Origin: Phoronis australis
Taxonomy: Eukaryota > Animalia > Phoronida
Reading direction: 5' to 3'
Assembly (NCBI GenBank): GCA_002633005.1
Contig: NMRA01000155.1
Location: 303,844 to 367,843 of the forward strand
Length of the DNA: 64,000 nucleotides
The notes beneath the pieces were generated by a model, which saw only the letters and a program-made list of their open reading frames with translations, was not told the origin of the DNA and did no database searches. Positions 62,074 through 64,000 of this stretch are shown here, piece after piece (the first letter of the stretch is position 1; every line of letters begins with the position of its first letter). The translations under genes and the position numbers were made by a program.

Positions 62074-63339
62074 TTTACTCACACAAAGACACGTGACATA
62101 TAACTACTAGATACCAATGTTCTTTGTGCAGAAACAATGAAATTAGAACGATCGGATTGCTCAGATTTTCATTCTATAAAGATATGTTCATGGTGGAAGG
62201 GTTCACAGAGCTAAAATAAGGTTTCTGGTGAAACAGAAATTTTATTTATTTTCATGTCAATTATTTCCCTGTTTTCATGCTTCACTTCTTGAAAGAATTT
62301 GCTACGATTTATAGCACTTTTGTACCTATGTAACGAACGGAAATTTACAATAAAATACCACTGTCAACGTTGAGCTCATTAAAAAGTAGAAAAATCATTT
62401 GTTTTTAAAAAATCTTTACATATTTTGGATGGGGCTGGGCGACAGCTCTCTATAGATCCAATTCTTTGCCTGCAATCTGCATTGCTAAATGCTCTACTAC
62501 ATACACTTTTTCATTAAAATCGCATGGTCTAGCGAGTGCTTTACGATCGATAGAGTAACAAATAGCCAGGCGTCAATCCAGGCGTCAGCAGATTTCCGGT
62601 CACGTGATGTAAACATCTGAGAAGTAGATCTTTGACTAGACATGTTTTCTGCATAAGACAAATGCGGCAAAATGGTTAAAAGATATTTAAAACAGACGTT
62701 GTGTAATTGAGTCAGAGAGCAAGTGTCATGGTCTGTTAATTCGTTCTATTTCCGAAACCGGCAAAACCTAAGAAATATCGGGAAAGTGCCTCACGATGGG
62801 TTCGACCATGTCGACCAATGTTGAACGTGAAAACGATGGAAACCATTTGTTGCATTCTTGCAAAAACGTAATCAGGCTCTTTACCAAAATAAGCGATTTG
62901 CTTATAAATTTTCAGTTAAATGCAGAAAATAAGAAAAGTTCTCGAGGAATTTCCCCCATTCGGTGACTTTGTGATTGACGCTGGATACATCTTTGCTCCA
63001 TTTCTTGTATGGAAATTTAAACCAGTTGCAACCAATTAGAAAGCTCAATTTTGAACTAAAATTTGCATAAAGAGCTAAAGCCAACCCTGAGACAAAACAG
63101 GTTTTTATAAGAAATTATTTTTAAAGGTTCATTTGCTACATGTCTATTTAGTTGTCTAGAAACAAAAATGAAATCAAACAAATTACTCTCTTAAAACCGA
63201 TCTCTTTACCGTGATAGCATTATATTTCATAACCAACTCAAATCAAAGGATGTTTTCTTGAATTTCTTGAATCGCTGATGGTTTCGAGGTTCTCATTTGT
63301 AACAGAAATAGAACCCTACCACAGTGAGGGATATTATGA

Positions 63340-63380
63340 GAGGAGTTATATACTGTAAGAGGAGTTATATACTGTAAGAG
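63340..63380 (+). repeat. Perfect 19-bp tandem duplication
   Basis: GAGGAGTTATATACTGTAA x2 + GAG. Confidence 0.85.
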
Positions 63381-64000
63381 CAAAATTCCTAATTCGAGTT
63401 TCTTTTTTGATTCACATAGATTCTGCGAAATGCAGCTTTGAAAGCGTGTGGTGCAACTTTTCACTTCACAGAAATCTGACACTATTGTTCCCTGACTGCA
63501 GCATGTTGCTACTCTTGAACTTCAAAACAACACATCTTTACTTTAAAAGGTTTTGTCAGTAACGCAATACACGTGTTTAAAACAATTGGTTTATGTTTTG
63601 CAACATTGGCGGCTTGTGGAGCAAAGAAATTATTGAATATTGCCCGGCATTTCGCTTAGACACAATTGCTTGTGACGTTTTCGTTGTTTGTCTACGGCAG
63701 CATTACGTGATTGAGTGGGTGGAGCGATAGTAATTTCAGCGTCTCGTCAATTGAGTTTACGTTGGCAGACATTACATGTTTTTTAATCAAATTTTATTTA
63801 CCCTCATTGCGAATTACGAAACATGTTTGCTGCGTTTAAAGTCTTGCTTGTTAACTATCTCACGTCACATATTTTTGCCCTTTTACACCCTTCCGAAAAT
63901 GAAACGAGACTCAGAAAGTGTGGAAAAGAACAAAAATTGACACTTTTCAGGCCAAAACTACGACTTCCTTGCCAGTGCTCGACACGAGCCCAACACCTGA

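Overview
Eukaryotic, AT-rich, intron-containing genomic DNA that looks like an invertebrate animal. The window is dominated by a + strand tandem array of three paralogous 7-exon genes: A 3893-17979, B 31938-42747 and C 48215-62073. I traced every splice junction by hand. All are GT-AG and in frame, with identical intron phases (2,1,2,1,2,2) in the three copies, giving secreted proteins of about 1104, 1104 and 1101 aa. Each protein carries two carboxyl/cholinesterase (alpha/beta-hydrolase) domains. The N-terminal domain has lost all three catalytic-triad residues (GVGSG, NSNGG, PAGVEE) yet is strongly conserved. The C-terminal domain has an intact triad (GESAG/GQSAG, HEG, HG[D/E]EL) and variable substrate-pocket loops. 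Copy A has HGGEY in the oxyanion loop. Introns 1 and 6 fall at the same codon position of the two domains, so exons 2-6 form a frame-preserving symmetric module. Upstream is a small secreted PAN/Apple + Thr/Ser-rich ORF. Introns and spacers carry a truncated CR1/L2-type LINE, a Kolobok-like THAP element, Harbinger-, hAT- and Tc1/mariner-like MITEs, a 6.4 kb TIR element with a 4-bp TSD, and microsatellites. All family assignments come from motif recognition only; no database search was possible.
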